A stretch of 64,000 nt of DNA from Monocercomonoides exilis PA203 (Eukaryota; Protista; Preaxostyla): positions 51,671 through 115,670 of the forward strand of contig LSRY02000073.1 of assembly GCA_001643675.2 (NCBI GenBank), written 5' to 3'. Positions 36,692-49,600 of the stretch are shown here, in pieces. Positions within the stretch are counted from its first letter, which is position 1, and the number at the start of each line of letters is the position of its first letter. The notes below the pieces were generated by a model, which made no database searches, was not told the origin of the DNA, and saw only the letters and a list, made by a program, of their open reading frames with translations. The position numbers were made by a program, and so were the translations under genes.

Positions 36692-39172
36692 CTAAGAAAA
36701 GTTCAACGTGGGCTGCGAGACGGCCAAGGCATTGGAAGAAGACGAAGGCACATTCAAAGCAGATGATGTTGTTCCATTTGCAGCAGATGCATTTGATATT
36801 TGCATATTTCCCATCTCTCTTCTGACCTGCTCGTCTTGTTCTGTTTGTTCTTGTGCCATCTGATTTATTTGAGTCATTTGAGTCATCTGATCTGCCACAC
36901 TCATCGATGTGCCTGTATTCAATGCTGCATTAGAGGCGAAAGAAGCAGCAGCAGCAGTAGTAGCAGCAGAAGAAGGAGCATTTGAAGCAAACGAAGAAGC
37001 CAAAGGCAGCGAAGGTGTGACAGACGAGATGAGCTGAGCAGATGTGGTGATTGTGTCTAGTGGAATGTTCACCATCTGCGCCCTTTCCAGAAACAGCTTC
37101 GTCTGCCGCTCGAGTTCAGCTGCGTTCTCTCTTTCCTGCTGCCTCAGCGCCTCTTCCTCTCTCTTCTGCGTCTCGAAGTACGAAAGAAGACGATACCTGC
37201 CGAACTCATCGACAGCTGCTACTGCAGACGGGTTGGGCGGAAAGGCGAAGGATGGCTGGGATGAGGAAGCGGATGGAGAAGGAAGAGATACATTGGCAGA
37301 AATGGCATTTGGAATAGACGATGAAGATGAAGAAGTGGAAGCATTAAATGCTACAGACGGATTCACAGCAAAAGAACCTGAAGATGGAGATGGCATTGAA
37401 GAAGAAGAAGATGATGATGAAGGCGATGAAGATGAAGTGATCACAGCTGGCGGAGGGAGACAAGGGAAGAATGTGTCAGAATAAGGTGCAGACGACAGGA
37501 TGTTGAAGAGGATTGTGGAAGAAGGCAGCGGAACAGCTGCGAGCGACGGCGAAGGCGACGAGCTGTGCGAAAGCGAGTGATGAAGCGACGCCGATTTGAT
37601 GATAAAATCTGAGTCGTTTTCGCCTTCTGCGTCTTCGTTTTCCTCTTCCTCTTCAGCTTCGTGGCCGGATCTCCCCAAATTGTCACTCAACTCCCTTTGC
37701 AACTTTTCTCTTTCTCCTTTTTCTGCTTTTTCTGCTTCGCCGCCTTCCTTTTCGTTTGCTCTGCTTTGCTCTTTCGCATCTCCGCTCTTTTTGTCTTTCC
37801 TCCCATCTGCCTCTCCTTCTTCCTCTCCTTCCTCCTTCTCCTCTCCTTCGCCCTCGCCCTCGCCCTCTCCTTCACCTTCCTCCTCCTCCTCCTCTTCTTC
37901 CTCCTCGTTCTCTGTTCCCTCGTTCTCTCCTCCATCTTCCACTGCTCCTCCTCCATCTCCATCATCATCCCCTTCTCCCTCTAACTCTCCGTTCTCGTCA
38001 TCGTCCCACGCAGTGCCTCTGTCCCGCATCTTCCGCCTCCGCATGAATAAACGCCTTTCTCTTCGCTCTCTCCTCTCCTCTTTTCTTCTTTCGCGTTCGC
38101 TGATCTCCAGCCTCTTCTTCTTCTTCTTCTTTGTTTTTTCTGACAGTTCTGCACCTTCTCCACCTTGAGCGTTAAGTTCAACTTTCTCATCTTTCGACTT
38201 TTCTTTTTCTCGAAATTTCTCCTTCTTCTTCCTTTCCATCCTCCTCTTCACCATCTTTTTCTGAATTCTCTTAACAACCCTTTCTCTTTCCCACTCTCTT
38301 TCTCGCTCGTCTTCTTCGGCCTCTTCCTCTCTTTTCTTCAATACATCGTTTAATGCATGATGCGTCCCAGTAAAAAGTTTAAATCCAAATAACATGTGAT
38401 TTGGAATATACCCTTCTCTTTCTGGAACAAGATGTCCGTAATGCAACAAAAACATGTGAACAAAGGATGGCCCGAAAGCTGCTCCATCGATAGAATGATG
38501 TTTAAGATAAGGCGGAATGTATATGTCTTCGCAACGAGGGCAGTATAGCATTACGAATTCTTTACGAGGTTCATGACTATTTCCAAATGGAAGGACAGGT
38601 TGCTCTTCACAACCAGTCCTCGGGCAAACTCCAAAGTCTCTATCCAAAAATTTAGTTTTCTGTTATTTGTGGGTTTTGTAAAATGAATTAAAACAAATGT
38701 AAAAAATCCAAATAAATGAAATTATTAAAACCATTGCTTTTAAGCCTTGAGGAGATGTGATATAACGAGCATGCACTAACGCAAATAATTCGCTTGTTGA
38801 TGGAGATAAATCATTTTCACTATCCAAGCTGTCTGTAAACAATTATGTTAAAATGCATTCGTTTGTAATAAATAATCAAAATATTGATATCAAAAAATGG
38901 TCATTCGTCCAAACCATCAGAATCTGTTAAATCAAGTATTTCTTTAAGTGCTCGGGAAAAATCTGCGACTTTTGATTGTAGTCCATACAAATTAAACTCG
39001 TCTTCAATAAACTCTCGTTCTATTTCACAAAAAAATTCATGCCCCTTCAAAGAGCAATACCACTCGATCCAAGATTCATCACTAGTTTCTTCTTCGGTTT
39101 GCGTTTCGGTGTATGACTCTGTTTCTTCCTCGTAAGGTATCATTCCACAAGAAAAGATCAATCATGTACCAT
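36692..39172 (-). CDS. CKB: Casein kinase II regulatory beta subunit with long C-terminal extension (multi-exon)
   Basis: SWIEWYC..GHEFFCEI..EFIEDEFNLYGL, VHARYITS..G, Zn finger CPRTGC...YCPRC, IDGAAFG. Confidence 0.92.
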
Positions 39173-39325
39173 ACTCTCTCTTACATATTTTCATTTTTGC
39201 GTTGTGAATAAATAAAGAAAATAAAAACAAATCTCTTTCATTGAAAAACGACTAATTTTTTTATTTGTTGTAAACTGCATATAAAGATCAAAAAAGACAA
39301 AACTCTAAACATTAATAAACATCAA

Positions 39326-41362
39326 TTATGCAGGAAGGCGACCAGCTATCTTCATAAGCATTACGCGTCCCTCTGGTATGTAATGGTACACTGAAGTAGC
39401 AGGTGCTGTTAGTGGTGAATATTTATCGTCTTGTGAAGGAACTGAAGAGGAAGAGGGAGATGATGCTGAATTATCTGATGATTTTGCTGAGTCATCGAAT
39501 GGAACATCCAAATAGAAATAGCCTTTTCTCTCAAACTGAACAATATCTCCGACAACACCATTTTTAGCTGCAGGCTCCATAAATGCATCGCACTCAAACA
39601 TGGAATTCCTGTTGACGAAATCTTCAAACTTTTCATTGTCCTTCAACTTGGCTTTGGTCAAAAGATGGTCGAAGCAACGCATTTTAACCACAATAAGAGA
39701 TTCTGGGTGTGCGTACGACAGCCAAGTCACCTTCAATTTAGTCTTTTTGAAGTCTCCCTCAAGATGCATGTGTGCAGTTATTGAAACCACAGCAGGCACC
39801 AAATTTTCCTCTTTCTTCTCTTCTTTCTTCTCCTCCTTCTTCTCCTCCACTTTTGCTGGTTGTGCAGAAGCTGGTTCAGTCGATGGCTGCTGAGTGTCTT
39901 CTGCTTCTCCAGCTGCTCCTTCCGCAGGCTTTCCAGCAGGCTTTGCCTTCTTCCTTTCTTTCCTCGAAAGCTTCGGCGCAGCATCTACCACTGCCTGTGC
40001 TTGTGGAGATGGATGAGCACCTTTCGCAAATTGAGCAGCAGAAGGAATCATCTTTGTCTCATCTCTTTTCACGCTGTCAATGATGATATTTCCCCATCCC
40101 ATGAGTGTTATTTCATCTCCCTCTTTCATCAGCTCTGCGTCGCATTGCTCAATAATGATTGTGTTAGAAAACTCAAACAGTTTATCGCCCACTGCAGGAT
40201 TTTTGCGATGTCTTGGCACAACTGAAACATATGGGTCTTTGGGTCCATCAGTAAGTGTCACTACCACAAAATTGTCTCGTTCAATAGCTGTGTAGCGAGG
40301 CGCTATTGGATCAATAACCTGCTTGTTCTTCTTCCAGATTTTATCCCATTCCTGATATGTAATGTTCTTTGACGGTCCTTGCTCCAGAACAAATGCGCGC
40401 AATGCAGGAACTGTCATTCCTCGCCTCATCATACCCTGAACTGTTGGGAATCGGGGATCATTCCAGCCTGATGCAATACCAGAGTCTACAAACCATTGAA
40501 GCTTTCTCTTAGACATTTCAGTGTTAACAAAATTCAGCCTTGCAAAATCGTATATTGGTACTTGACGTAATCCAAGTGCATCCTGAACCCAATGAAATTG
40601 TTCATTTCTGTCTCGATATTCAATTGTTCTTAATGAAACAGTAACTCCTTCGATAGAATCTACAATTGGACATGCAAAGTCATAAGACGGATAAACCTTA
40701 TATTTATCTCCTGTGCGAGCATGAGGTTTGTTTACAGTCCTAAATAAAACTGGATCGCGAAGTGCAGTGTTTGTTGAGTTCATGTCAATCTTTGCTCTCA
40801 TGACATATTTCATTCCTTTTTCACTTCCTTTCTTCATTTCTTCCCACATTTCCATATTCTTTTCAATTGAATTTGCTCTGCAAGGAGACTCAATTCCCTT
40901 CATTCTGTTGTCTCTCATAATTTCAACAGGAAGATCATCAATATACGCCTTATCCATTTCTAGCATCTTTGTCCCAAGATTAAAAATAAGATCAAAATAA
41001 TCGCTTGTATATGAAAGTCTATCTGGTTTTATTCCAACAGATTTTAAATCATCAATAATAGCTTTTTCAAATTCATCTCTTTCTTTTGCAGGATTTGTAT
41101 CATCAAATCGAAGAAGCAATTGTCCTTTGTAATATTTTGCGTAATACTCATTAAGCATTGCAGCTTTAATGTGCCCTACATGCAAAAATCCAGATGCTTC
41201 TGGAGGAAATCGAGTAACAACTTTTCCTTCTTCTGCACCTGGAAGATCAATATCAAAGGCTGCGCTCGCTGTCACAAGGGGAGCATCCATAATCAGTTTA
41301 TTATTGCAAGGATTTGGCATTGTCAACCTTTTCGCTGCATCCGTAACTTCGGGCAACTCCAT
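39326..41362 (-). CDS. EARS: Glutamyl-tRNA synthetase (eukaryotic cytosolic type)
   Basis: VVTRFPPEASGFLHVGH (HIGH motif), LRFDDTNP, YDFACPIVDSIEGVT, MSKRKL, GWNDPRFPT, QFERKGYF. Confidence 0.95.
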   Translation of the reverse strand: MELPEVTDAAKRLTMPNPCNNKLIMDAPLVTASAAFDIDLPGAEEGKVVTRFPPEASGFLHVGHIKAAMLNEYYAKYYKGQLLLRFDDTNPAKERDEFEKAIIDDLKSVGIKPDRLSYTSDYFDLIFNLGTKMLEMDKAYIDDLPVEIMRDNRMKGIESPCRANSIEKNMEMWEEMKKGSEKGMKYVMRAKIDMNSTNTALRDPVLFRTVNKPHARTGDKYKVYPSYDFACPIVDSIEGVTVSLRTIEYRDRNEQFHWVQDALGLRQVPIYDFARLNFVNTEMSKRKLQWFVDSGIASGWNDPRFPTVQGMMRRGMTVPALRAFVLEQGPSKNITYQEWDKIWKKNKQVIDPIAPRYTAIERDNFVVVTLTDGPKDPYVSVVPRHRKNPAVGDKLFEFSNTIIIEQCDAELMKEGDEITLMGWGNIIIDSVKRDETKMIPSAAQFAKGAHPSPQAQAVVDAAPKLSRKERKKAKPAGKPAEGAAGEAEDTQQPSTEPASAQPAKVEEKKEEKKEEKKEENLVPAVVSITAHMHLEGDFKKTKLKVTWLSYAHPESLIVVKMRCFDHLLTKAKLKDNEKFEDFVNRNSMFECDAFMEPAAKNGVVGDIVQFERKGYFYLDVPFDDSAKSSDNSASSPSSSSVPSQDDKYSPLTAPATSVYHYIPEGRVMLMKIAGRLPA

Positions 41363-41672
41363 TTTTCAAATATTATTCACATTGAACCATGGAATAATTG
41401 GATCAAAAATGGATGACTTATTTTACAGAAATGGAAAGATCACAATCATCCATATCTAATTCAATTTCAACTCTTTAAAAGAGGATTGCACTTCAAGATA
41501 ATATATGATAATAACAAAACAAATTTTTAAAACAAATACAAAAATTTTTTAAATGAGAGAATTATTGGATAATTATCTTTCTACTTAAATTTTTTCGAAA
41601 ATGACATGTAACAAATAAAAAACATCAAAAAAAACCCTTCCTTGGAAATGATTTCAACCTGTATTATTTCTT

Positions 41673-43061
41673 TTAATTTTCTTTCTTCTGCTCATTGCTT
41701 TCCTTTGGTTGTTCCACATCCATTTTATCTTCATCTTTCTCCTTTTTTTCCTTTTCTTCTTTCTCCTTCTGTTCTCGCTCAGCCTTTCCTTTTCCTTCTA
41801 TCATTTTCTTTTCTCTTTCTTTCTCTTTCTTTTCCTCTTCCTCTTCTGCTTCCTTTTCTTTTTTCGTTTGAAGTTCGATTTTATTTTGGATAAGAGAATG
41901 CATCGAGAGAGTAGTACGCATAAGATTAGACATAAGCAAAACAAGTGACGAATCGTTTGAGTGCTCAATTAACGCCCTCTGTATTTCAGGAGAGTTCACA
42001 TCTGGTATTAAATTAAAGATCTAATATTTAATGATATCAAATATTTTTAAAAAATTTCGTTTGTTAATTGTAAAAGAGAAATATATAATAATATTTCGCA
42101 AACTTCCTGTAACAGTGCAAAAATTTGTTGATTCATTGGCAATTTATGTTCAAGGACATCACGAAGATATTGCTGTATCACTGAAATATGCTTTGTAAAA
42201 GTTGCAAAAGCTAAATTTCCATATTAAGGAATTGTTAAATGATTTTAATCAAATAAGAATGATGCAAACATGTTGCACGTTGACTTATTTTTGAAGAAAG
42301 AGAAGTCATGTTAGTATCCATGACATCACGAAGAAGATGTTCAACACCAATTTCTTCGGCCTATTTCAATCCAATGTCTGAAAATATAATCAATATATGA
42401 TTCAAACCTCTTGAGCTCCCATCTCTGATGGTACATGTCTAAATGTTAACGTTAACTCAGTTCCATCCTAACGAAAATATTTACGTTACCATTTTTTAAG
42501 CACAGATAAAAATGACGTATTTTATTTATCAAACATATTTGGGATCGACATTCGACAAATAGGCGCTTGCTGGAAATTCTCCTTTTGGCTCAACATCAAT
42601 AACCAAATATAATGGATTTGGGCAAAATTGAGTTACCATCTAAATAGTTTCAAGAACTGTAAATCAACGTAATGAAAATAAAATAGCAAACTCTTTGAAT
42701 TGAAAGATCTGATGGTCTAATTTTTGCACCAGGAAAAGCAGAATACCAACCAACAATCACTTCCTTTGCTGAATAACGGAGAAATGATTTGTAATATTTG
42801 AAATTTTTACAAACCAGAAACTTTTCTTTGCATCGCCTTCATTACAATTATGTACTGAGAATCCAAGAACCATGTTCCATTTTCAAGATTCTCTTCAAAT
42901 GGAACAGCAAAACAATTTGAAATGTCCAGAATCCCACTGTTCATTGTTCCCAACAAGATTCCGCAAACTCTTTTGGTAAGAGAACCTTTTGCTTCCCTGT
43001 TATAGTGGTCAACAGCAAAGAGTAAAACTAGTGGATGAACTGAAGCTTTTTTGATCTCCAT
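41673..43061 (-). CDS. RPN8: 26S proteasome lid subunit Rpn8/PSMD7 (MPN domain), multi-exon
   Basis: VHPLVLL..VDHYNR, RVCGILLG, NCFAVPFEE, WFLD, VGWYS, AEEIGVEHLLRD, and a KEKE-rich tail, spread over short-intron exons. Confidence 0.93.
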
Positions 43062-43193
43062 CTTTTTGATCTATTCCCGTAGTTTATTAATTATTAAAAA
43101 AGAAAAAAATAGCAAGACTTTTGGATATAATGATGATGTTTCTATTTTTGTGTTCGGGCTTGTCCTATTCGACTCAATTTCGCGTATTGGCCT

Positions 43194-43194
<1 letters not shown>

Positions 43195-43290
<96 letters not shown>
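43195..43290 (+). repeat. Poly(A) tract followed by (AAT)n microsatellite
   Basis: Direct read. Confidence 0.95.
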
Positions 43291-43419
43291 TTTTTCTTGT
43301 TTTTGGCAAGTGGTTAAGGTTTCATGGTTAAGATTACAATTCTTCAGTTTTGTGTTGACGCAAAGTGGTGAGCATAACCCTAACATTGTGTTTTTTTCAA
43401 TTATCTGATTTGTTTGACA

Positions 43420-43860
43420 TGTTGCTGCTGGAATTACGATTGCGCGGCTGGTGTAGCGATCGCTTCGACTGAAGTGCTCAAAGGAAAAGATAGACAACGA
43501 AGCGATATGGAGAGGGGCTGTTGCGTGTGATATGAGAAAGGCAGTAGAGAATGCGCTGTCGAAGTGATTGGATGCTGCAGAGCTGAAGTTGGGTGGTGCG
43601 GTTCTATCACCTGCAGCGATTGTGCTGGCAGTAGTGGAGGAGAGAGAAGGGTGGAAGAAGGAGAAACGAGAGGAGAAAAAGAAAGAGAGGAGGAGGAAAA
43701 AGAAGGCGAGAAGAGGAATGAAGATAAAAGAACTCTCACTATTGGTGTGCCTCAAAGAAGATGAGCCGAGTGAAAAGATGGAAGCTGTGCCTCTGATGGA
43801 AAATCAAAAAAAAAAAAGAAAACACATTTTGAATCAATTGGATTGCAAGTGCAGCATTTA
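43420..43860 (+). pseudogene. Degraded coding fragment, family unassigned
   Basis: Purine-rich coding-like frame with in-frame stops. Confidence 0.35.
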
Positions 43861-45359
43861 GAGTTTTGTGTGATGGTCCCATTAGCAAGTCCAACGCTTC
43901 TGCTGCAATTGGAGCCATTGCAGAATGTCATTAGGATTTTCATTAAATTCGATGGATTCCCTTTTGTCAAGAATGGAAGAAGAGAATCCACAAAAAAAGG
44001 ATTGCTGAAAGCATTGTTCGCATTGAAAAGTCTTTGGCTAATGAATTTATGCAATTTCCTCGGAAAAATAAAGTCATCACAGAATGTCGAATCGTTCGTT
44101 GGGATAGTTAATCTTCATCGTCTGCTTGAAGCTGGACCAGCAAAGAAAGAAAATCCCTCTCAAAATAGTTCATCTTGAAGTTGTAAAGACGAATTGCCCA
44201 AGAATAGAGCATCTTATCCTCTATTGAAAAGATCAACTACATCTTGCTTGCTTTTCAGCAAAAGCATCCATTTTGCTGTCTTTTCCATTTCCCATTAATT
44301 CTTTCTCCATTTTCTTTTGTCTATCTGAATAAGAACACAATCCAAAAATACTCGAAATCAATATGCAACCACGAAACAATAACAAACCTTCAGCGTCAAT
44401 TTTTGACTATTTTTAAAAATGCCATTCCAAAATCATTGATCATTTTACCAACTAAGAGCCACCATTTCACAAAATTTCATCCTTCTTCCTCTGTGAGCGG
44501 ACAGAATACAGAAGTACAATGAACTTATTTTTCGTCATTCTTCCCTCATAAAAGAAGTTAAGCTTCCAAAGATCCTTCAAAAATCAATATCATTCTTTTC
44601 TTTTTCTTTCGACTTCATCCACTTGATCTCAAAACGGCGAGTGTAAAGCCATAAAATCTGTTTGCTGTAAATATCTGCTAAATATTTTTCTCTCGATGCA
44701 GCTGACAATAATCAGCTCCGTTCTCATCGTGTTGCTCTACAAAGCGGGGATTGGCCATTTCAACAAAAATTCGGATTCCTGCACTTTGGAGAGGATACGG
44801 ATGGAAATATCTTCACAACATATAGAACAATATAAAATACATACAATATCATTTTTGTGTGATTGATGAAATTGTTGCATTCACGTTAGCCATCTAATTT
44901 TCAAAAATAATCAGATTGAATTTCAAAAATATAGCATTTCCATCATTTCTTGTTGTAATCACAGAAAATAATATTTTAAATTCAGTGGATAACGTTCACT
45001 CACGGAATTCTCATTCTGTGAATGGATTATTCCGTTCTTTCAAATCGAATGATCATGGAATCCATTACAAATAATGTTAAATTATTAAGCATTGTTTTCT
45101 CCATTATCTTTTGTCAAAAACATAAATGCTAAAAATAGTAGTATGAACGCACATTTATTAAAGGCATTTTTTGAGTTTTTATTTTTCATAAACTTCTTCT
45201 ATCAAAATATATGCTTGTTTGATAAAAACTGCAAAATGGTGTTGCATTTATGTTCAATGGATTTTAATAAAATATGTGTGCAGGAGACGAAAAACATAAA
45301 GAAATTTACAGGCTTGTATTCGTCGTTGTTTTTGAATTCATTTTTCGCATTTTTTTCTT

Positions 45360-46690
45360 TTTCTTTTATGAAGAATTGTTTTCTGAACTTGAACGCTACA
45401 CAGAAATTGAACAGAAAAAAATAATTGAAGATATGAATGAAATTGTTGATGGAATGAATAAAGAAGAATTCAATTCTGTTTACACAGAAGAACTGTTCAA
45501 TAAAATATACAAAATGATTGAAGAAAAGAAAATGTCAATGGAGAATGCAATTTTGCTGCTGAAGCATGCTGGATATTGCATCAAGATGAAAAAGATTTTC
45601 ATTCAAAGCTTTGAAAAATCCTCACTTAGCAGAAGATTTGAGAAGATGATTTTTGAAGAAGAAAAGAAAAAAGAAGGGAAAAACGAAAAGCTTCTTATTG
45701 ATTTTTGTGAATGTTATATTTTGCTTAGCAACCGGGTTAAATCGGAATTGATATTAATATGTGTGCCTTGCCTTCTGAAAGCTGCTTCTGTCAAAGATGA
45801 AAGCGAGGAGACTCAGAAAGAAGTGGAAATGGCTTTATTGGCTTTGAGTTGTGCTGACCATTTTTATGTATGAACGTTGCTATTTCCTTTTTGATATTGT
45901 TGTTATTTTTTTTATCTATTGCAAGGATTTGAGGCAAGAACTTTATTTGAAGGAGATAAAGGAGATCATTGAATATCATCAAGAACATAGCAATCTGACA
46001 CGATTTGCTTATCAGTCTGCTTGGAAATTTTTTATGAACAGATTTTTCAGAGATAGAAATTTGGAAGATGCAGTTTCAAATGAGCTGCATTTCAGAAGAG
46101 AAGCAGCAAAAGCACTGGAAGAGCTGAAAGAATGTGTGGATTGGAAGAAGAAAGAGGAGGAAATGAGCAAAGAAGAAGCGAAAGAAGAGTTTGCATTAAT
46201 GAGATGGACCAAAACATGTGCAATTTATTTTCACTGTTGCACATTGTGGAATGAAGAATTTGTTAAATTTGTCAATAGCATTGTTCAGTTATTTCGAGCA
46301 GCGAAGGATAATCACAGCGATATTAGCAATCAATGCATTTATTCCTTTAAAAGGGCAGCAGGAAATTTTTATGTGAAAATTGAAGACTTGTTGAGAAGTG
46401 GGGTTATAAGTGCTGTTTTGGAGGAGATTCAGCAACCAACAATTGTTGACAAAATTGCATTTGAAAGCTTGCAATTCTTTTCGAATGTTTCATATCGATT
46501 GAAAGAAGAAGAGAGAGATGAAATGGAAGAAGCGAAAAGAAAGGCAACGAAAATGAAAATGCTTGAAAAACTAGAAGAAGAAGGATTAGAAGATATCGTC
46601 ATAAGCATTCATGATATATTCAATAATCGAAACAGACAAATTTATACTCAATTAATTATGATTGTTTTGCACCTTATTTTAAAGGCTTGA
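45360..46690 (+). CDS. Lineage-expanded alpha-helical (ARM-like) family protein, 2 exons; start uncertain, may be decayed
   Basis: FSELERYTEIEQK...CVPCLLKAAS..EETQKEVEMALLALS, intron ~45868-45925, then LYLKEIKEIIEYHQEHSNLTRFAYQSAW. Resembles a large Monocercomonoides family (from recall). Confidence 0.65.
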
Positions 46691-49600
46691 GGAAATGCTT
46701 CACATTTTTTGACACAAATTTATTATTTTTATTTTTTTACCATTTCACAAAATAGAACAGCCATTGGAAGTTTCATAAAAATATCTTTTTTAAACATCAT
46801 TGAAATGAGCAAACCAATGATAATAAAAGAAAAATCCTTCAAATTAATCAATTATTTTCTTTTCTTCAACCGAAATCTTCTGCAAATGAATTATCGCTTT
46901 TGCTGATTAAAATCCGGTATTGTTTATTCATTCAATTGTCGCATTAAACAGCCTTTCCTGTTCGTTTTCACGCTGAATGTGTTTTTCTACATGCTCCCTC
47001 TGCTTTTCTTGGATATTTGCGTTTTGCAAGATTATGAGAAGAATGAAAAGAAGATTTTTGAGACCGTGCTAAATGAGGAGCTTTCTTTTTGAGTAACGTT
47101 GATTAGAATTTCAAAGAGAAGAAGACAAAAAAAACTTGAAATGAAGAAATTACAAAAATCATTCATTAATCAAAATATGCGAAATTGGAAAAGCATAGAA
47201 TGTGAATGATTCAACTTCTTTTCTTCACCAAGCAGATTCGTTTTTGGTAAATTACTTTGCGATGTTTGTGAATGCTCTTCGCACTTCAGTTATCCTTCCA
47301 AAAAGCAACAGACCTTTTTGTTTATCTCAGCAGATGTTTGTTTGTCGTGCCTTTAAAGACCTCTTTCATAATGCTTTTAGACGATTCCTGGCTTTCCTTT
47401 ATCAGACTAATTCAGAAATTGTGGAGCATATTACAGATTCTTTTGCAATATTGATACGATTTCTCAATTCTCTTCAATTTCCTTTATTCCCTTTTGTTGT
47501 ATTTCCATTTCAATTTTATGTTTTGTCAGAGTAGATTGATAAATTTTATTTATTTCCAGCCACGATAAATGAGCATTGCAAATATTTTTCTGTTAAACAT
47601 AAATGAACAAAAAAACGTTCAAACAACTTGAACTGTGCAATTTTGAAAGAATAGTTTGCATAAACGTTGGAGTATTCTAAAAAACTTTCTTCCATGTAAT
47701 TTCCTTCGATCAAGAACAATTCAGCAGTAGCAGCTTCTGTGTTTTTTGACAAAGCCAATTTATATCGCAGGAAACTCGATACTTCTGGTGGGTGCCTGGT
47801 GTAAATTGTAGTACAGCTTCAAACTTCTATTCCGAGTTGATCAAAATTTCATTCATAAGCAAATTTGAATAGTTGAAATTGCTTTCCGTTTATTACAGCA
47901 AATAAAGCACAATTAAGTTGTCCTGAGCAATAACATTCATGAAATTTCCTAAGAATCTTGTGAGTGATTGGTCTGTGTGTCATTGAATGTCAAAAATTAT
48001 AAAAATTCAATATTTTTCAAAACAGGTAAATAACGACCTCCAAATAATCATGAAAAAATAAGCATACATTGTATATTCAAGGTGCACATTTTCATTGTTC
48101 AACTGTGAAATTTTTGCATCACGCGAACATTCCAGCTTAAAAGAATTTTCACGCAGTTATAACAAAAAGTTAAAGCTTTTTGTTGTTAATCAATTATGAA
48201 ACATGACCCAGATATTCCAGATTGAAGTTTGAGGAGGAACAAAAGTGTTGATTCTTTAAACAAAACGGGTTTATAATGAATGCAAATGAAAAGTAATAAT
48301 AAAAGAACGCAAACCTGTTATACGTATTGTAATGGAAAATAAAATGCGGAGGACTACTCAAATATTCAACAAATTAGCAAAACGTTATAATCTAATAGTG
48401 GTGCCGTTGTTTTCACTTTATCATGTAATCTATTATGTATCATGATCATATTTTCATTCAAAAGAACTAATAATTACTAATTTTTATTTTCATGAAAGTT
48501 ACTTATTATTAAATATAGAAGATGATATTGCATGGCTTTTCTACCATTTATAATATGTTGCAGAGAAAATACTAATTTTTATTTGCACTTGAAATATATT
48601 CAATTATTTTGCACAAAAATTTGAAAAATAAATGAGAATATTGGTAAAGGGGTCATGCCTGAGAAGGACGGATTAGACGAATCCTTGTTATCAGAGGGCT
48701 GTGCGTCTCAGAGTGTTTTGTTTGCACGATTTACTGAGGCTTAACTCTGAATATTGTCCAATTAATTTATTTTTTTTTGATTAAGTAGGAAACGAAAAAA
48801 AAGTCCGTTAAATAACTCTCCCCACAAGTAAATGTTTTAAAATTCATAGATATTCTCTTAAACCTCGTTTGAAGGGATTTAACGTATGAATGATTGAATA
48901 AAAAAACATTGAAAAAAACATTAACGACGGATGATTGGAAAGCCTTAATAATACCATGGATGAAGTACTACCCCCCCAAAAAAAACTGTTTTTTTTTTGG
49001 GAAAAGGAAAAAATAAATGGGAATTTGAGGGAATCCAATGTGGGAAAAAGTTTGAATGAATGAAACTTTTTTGAGTCAAAAATATGAAGATTTCAAAAAA
49101 TAAGTTTCTATTCTTCCTTCAAAGGAGTTGAAAGAAATATCTTCAAAAAGATGATGATATTTATCATTCAGATTAAGTCAAAACTTTTTAAAAGTTAATT
49201 TTTGAGTCAAAAAATAAGACCAAAGTGAAATGAAAAATTGGGTCAAAATTGACCAAAAGTTAAAAATGTTTCTATATCCAACAAATGAGAAGAAAGAAAC
49301 ATATTCAAAGATGATGAGAGTGAGTGTATATCATGTTTATCACGGTTACACATTGCTTTTGAAATCATTTCTTTGAAGTATTTTATGACTCACAAATTGA
49401 TAATTTGAAAAAAAGTTTCTGACTTCTTAAAAAAGAGAGAGAAAAGGGGAAAAATTAAGGAATAAGGAAGAAACCACCTCGAGGGGTGGGGGCCGCGCGA
49501 CAAACGCGGCAAAAGTGTGGGGAGCGAAAGCGACCGAACTTTTGCCGTGTGGCGCGTCGGCCATTGGGTGGGACTCTTTTCTCCTCATCAAAAGTGATTT

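Noticed and set aside
21113-43290. Poly(A) tracts at 21113, 31272 and 43195 as retroposon tails
   Set aside because: No shared upstream body or target duplications seen; one lies within an intron.
30486-43860. Many antisense and overlapping ORFs (poly-Ser/Phe/Lys/Ile)
   Set aside because: Shadow frames of low-complexity coding strands or homopolymer/microsatellite tracts.
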